From positions 29,578,848 to 29,642,847 of the forward strand of contig CM120643.1 in the NCBI GenBank assembly GCA_051362555.1: a DNA stretch of 64,000 bases. Direction: 5' to 3'. Positions 62,105 through 64,000 of the stretch are shown one piece after another; within the stretch, counting starts at the first letter, position 1; every line of letters begins with the position of its first letter. Under the pieces are notes generated by a model. It saw nothing but the letters and a program-made list of their open reading frames with translations. It had not been told where the DNA came from and searched no databases. The translations under genes and the position numbers were made by a program. This DNA is from Lingula anatina (Eukaryota; Animalia; Brachiopoda).

Positions 62105-64000
62105 AGGTCCCATGTGAATGCACACCTGTACATAAGTTAGTTTCAAACGGGTTATTTGTTACTGGAAAAATTTTTGATGTTGATGTTCTGTTTTTAGTTG
62201 ATACAGGATCGTCTGATACGATCCTTAGCGAAGACTATTTTAAGAAGATACCTCTGGAAAGAAGACCCGAACTCCAACCCATGACTGAAAGAGTACAGCA
62301 GGCTGACGGCACACCGCTTCCTGTGTCGGGAAGAGCAAAGATTACTGTGGATGTCCAGGGCCGATGCACCGACCTTGATGTCATTGTTGCGAAGTTGAAC
62401 AATCAAGGCATATTGGGCCTTGACTTCTTATTATCTACTGAAAGCATACTCGATTTCCAAACACTCAGCTTGCACTGTGATGGTGGAGACCTTCCTTGTC
62501 TTGATGAGAATGCGGAGCCTTATTGTGCCAGAGTATCCGTAGCAGAGACCATCACTATTCCAGCTGGGCATGAAGCGGTTTTAATGGGCGTCAAGGAGGA
62601 CACCGACATTCAGCCAACCAGTTCCATAGGGTTGATGGAGCCAGAAGAAGATGACCGGCTTGCTAAACGCGGACTCATAGCGGCCAGACTTGTAGTTGAC
62701 CTGTCTAAACCGACCTTTCCTATCAGAGTCTGCAATCCAACATCCGATGCAGTGATTCTCTACAAGGGGACGAGCGTGGGACAAGTGAGTGCAGTGTCAG
62801 AAGATCAGGTACAAGACACGGCTAGCAGTGGCGGCAAGGTTCGGACTTTGGTGAAGGCGGAAAAGCCGAGTGAAGTTCCTGAGTTCCTCAGGGATCTCTT
62901 AAATCGAAGCACCAAGTACCTGGATGAAGACCAGACTCGTGAATTGGAGAAACTGTTAGCTGAATTTCAAGACATCTTCGCCAAGGATGACTTGGACTTA
63001 GGGTGTACTGATGTGGTGAAACATGCAGTCAACACAGGTGATTCGGCGCCAATTCGTCAGAACTACAGAAGGCTACCTCGGCATCAACAGGAGGAAGCAG
63101 ATCGTCAAGTGCAGGAGATGCTGGACAAAGGAGTGATTGAACCTTCAACCAGCCCATGGGCGTCTCCTATTGTCCTTGTCACCAAGAAAGACGGCTCTAC
63201 TAGATTCTGTGTGGACTATCGTCGCTTGAATTCTGTCACTGTCAAAGATTCATACCCACTACCTCGCATTGACGATACCTTCGACGCCCTATCTGGAACT
63301 CAATGGTTTTCGACATTCGACTTAGCCAGTGGATATTGGCAGGTTCAGCTGGAGGACGAAGCCAAACGCAAGTCTGCATTTGTCATGAGAGGTGGTCTCT
63401 ACCAATGGAAGGTGATGCCCTTTGGGATGTGTAATGCTCCTGCCACGTTTGAGAGACTAATGGAGCAGGTGATGAGCGGCTTACATTGGAAGAGCCTGTT
63501 GGTGTATTTGGACGATGTGATAGTTTTCGGTAAAACATTCACCGAAGAGTTGCAGAGAGTACAGGAGGTCTTCCGACGCCTCAGGACAGCCCGAATGAAG
63601 CTAAAGCCAAAGAAATGTCATTTATTCCAGTCAGAGGTGACCTATTTAGGGCATGTGGTGTCCAAAGAAGGCATAAGAACGGAGCCAGAGAAGATCAAGG
63701 TTATCGAAGAATGGCCTACTCCAATCAATGTGACTGAAGTGCGGAGTTTCTTAGGACTGGCGTCTTATTACAGAAAATTTATCAAGGGTTTTGCCAACAT
63801 TGCCAGACCTTTACACCGCCTCACGGAAAAATCATCACCTTTCATCTGGACTGAAGAATGTGAAGATTCCTTCCGGGACCTTAAGAAGAAACTAATCACT
63901 TCTCCAATACTAGCCTATCCCCAACCAGAAGGAAGGTATATCCTAGACACTGATGCTAGCAACGCAGGCATGGGAGCGGTGCTCTCTCAGGAACAACATG
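61999..64000 (+). CDS. pol: Pol polyprotein (aspartic protease, reverse transcriptase, start of RNase H), -1 frame relative to gag, runs off the window
   Basis: Open from 61999 to the end; FLVDTGSS, SPWASPIVLVTKKDGSTRFCVDYRRLN, MPFGMCNAPATF, YLDD (63505-63516), YILDTDASNAGMGAVLSQ. Confidence 0.95.
   Translation, partial: MSTDRPLRQGLPRKQTNGKRAVVFPGDRGQTQDTIEVPCECTPVHKLVSNGLFVTGKIFDVDVLFLVDTGSSDTILSEDYFKKIPLERRPELQPMTERVQQADGTPLPVSGRAKITVDVQGRCTDLDVIVAKLNNQGILGLDFLLSTESILDFQTLSLHCDGGDLPCLDENAEPYCARVSVAETITIPAGHEAVLMGVKEDTDIQPTSSIGLMEPEEDDRLAKRGLIAARLVVDLSKPTFPIRVCNPTSDAVILYKGTSVGQVSAVSEDQVQDTASSGGKVRTLVKAEKPSEVPEFLRDLLNRSTKYLDEDQTRELEKLLAEFQDIFAKDDLDLGCTDVVKHAVNTGDSAPIRQNYRRLPRHQQEEADRQVQEMLDKGVIEPSTSPWASPIVLVTKKDGSTRFCVDYRRLNSVTVKDSYPLPRIDDTFDALSGTQWFSTFDLASGYWQVQLEDEAKRKSAFVMRGGLYQWKVMPFGMCNAPATFERLMEQVMSGLHWKSLLVYLDDVIVFGKTFTEELQRVQEVFRRLRTARMKLKPKKCHLFQSEVTYLGHVVSKEGIRTEPEKIKVIEEWPTPINVTEVRSFLGLASYYRKFIKGFANIARPLHRLTEKSSPFIWTEECEDSFRDLKKKLITSPILAYPQPEGRYILDTDASNAGMGAVLSQEQH
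62050..62095 (+). promoter_or_regulatory. Probable -1 ribosomal frameshift signal for Gag-Pol
   Basis: G GGA AAA heptamer in the gag frame (62050-62056), followed about 7 nt later by a GGTCTTC-cca-GGGGACC stem-loop, inside the gag/pol overlap. Confidence 0.7.

Larger units (their letters stand above)
56050..64000 (+). mobile_element. Ty3/Gypsy LTR retrotransposon (5' part), nested in a HINE within a gene C intron
   Basis: LTR TGTAACG..CGTTACA, tRNA-Leu PBS, gag with CCHC, pol with PR-RT-RNase H order. Confidence 0.93.

Overview
AT-rich, intron-rich animal DNA, probably from an invertebrate. I reconstructed three large multi-exon genes for extracellular proteins by hand from GT-AG junctions and codon phase. 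Gene A (minus strand, ATG 16346, runs off the left end): signal peptide, EMI, EGF, 7 cbEGF, 2 CCP, EGF, a long unassigned region, a coiled coil / 18-Cys mirror-spaced segment / coiled coil, furin-type sites, then Ig domains. It has two paralogous EMI exons and a +1 frameshift in a T7 run at 1807-1813. Gene B (plus strand, 17092-34845, apparently complete, head-to-head with A): YWTD propellers with EGF, a CCP/HYR stalk, a furin site, a GCC2/GCC3-like repeat, a TM helix and a very short tail. Gene C (plus strand, from 39241, runs past 55239): signal peptide, CCP, RRKR, amphipathic helices, a bacteriocin-like glycine zipper, then a HYR/CCP stalk. One of its splice acceptors is triplicated, and two copies lead to stops. 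Mobile DNA: a decayed Tc1, a 2.1 kb and a 0.2 kb Ginger1-like element (CCGG TSD), two Kolobok-like MITEs, two Helentron-associated (HINE/DINE-1-like) elements, and a Ty3/Gypsy element nested in the second HINE. The Gypsy element has an apparent 4.76 kb LTR containing about 20 copies of a 100 bp hairpin repeat, a tRNA-Leu PBS, an intact gag and a -1 frame pol. The main hypothesis (inference only) is that A, B and C form a clustered, furin-processed cell-surface system with membrane-inserting tips. No database searches were run.
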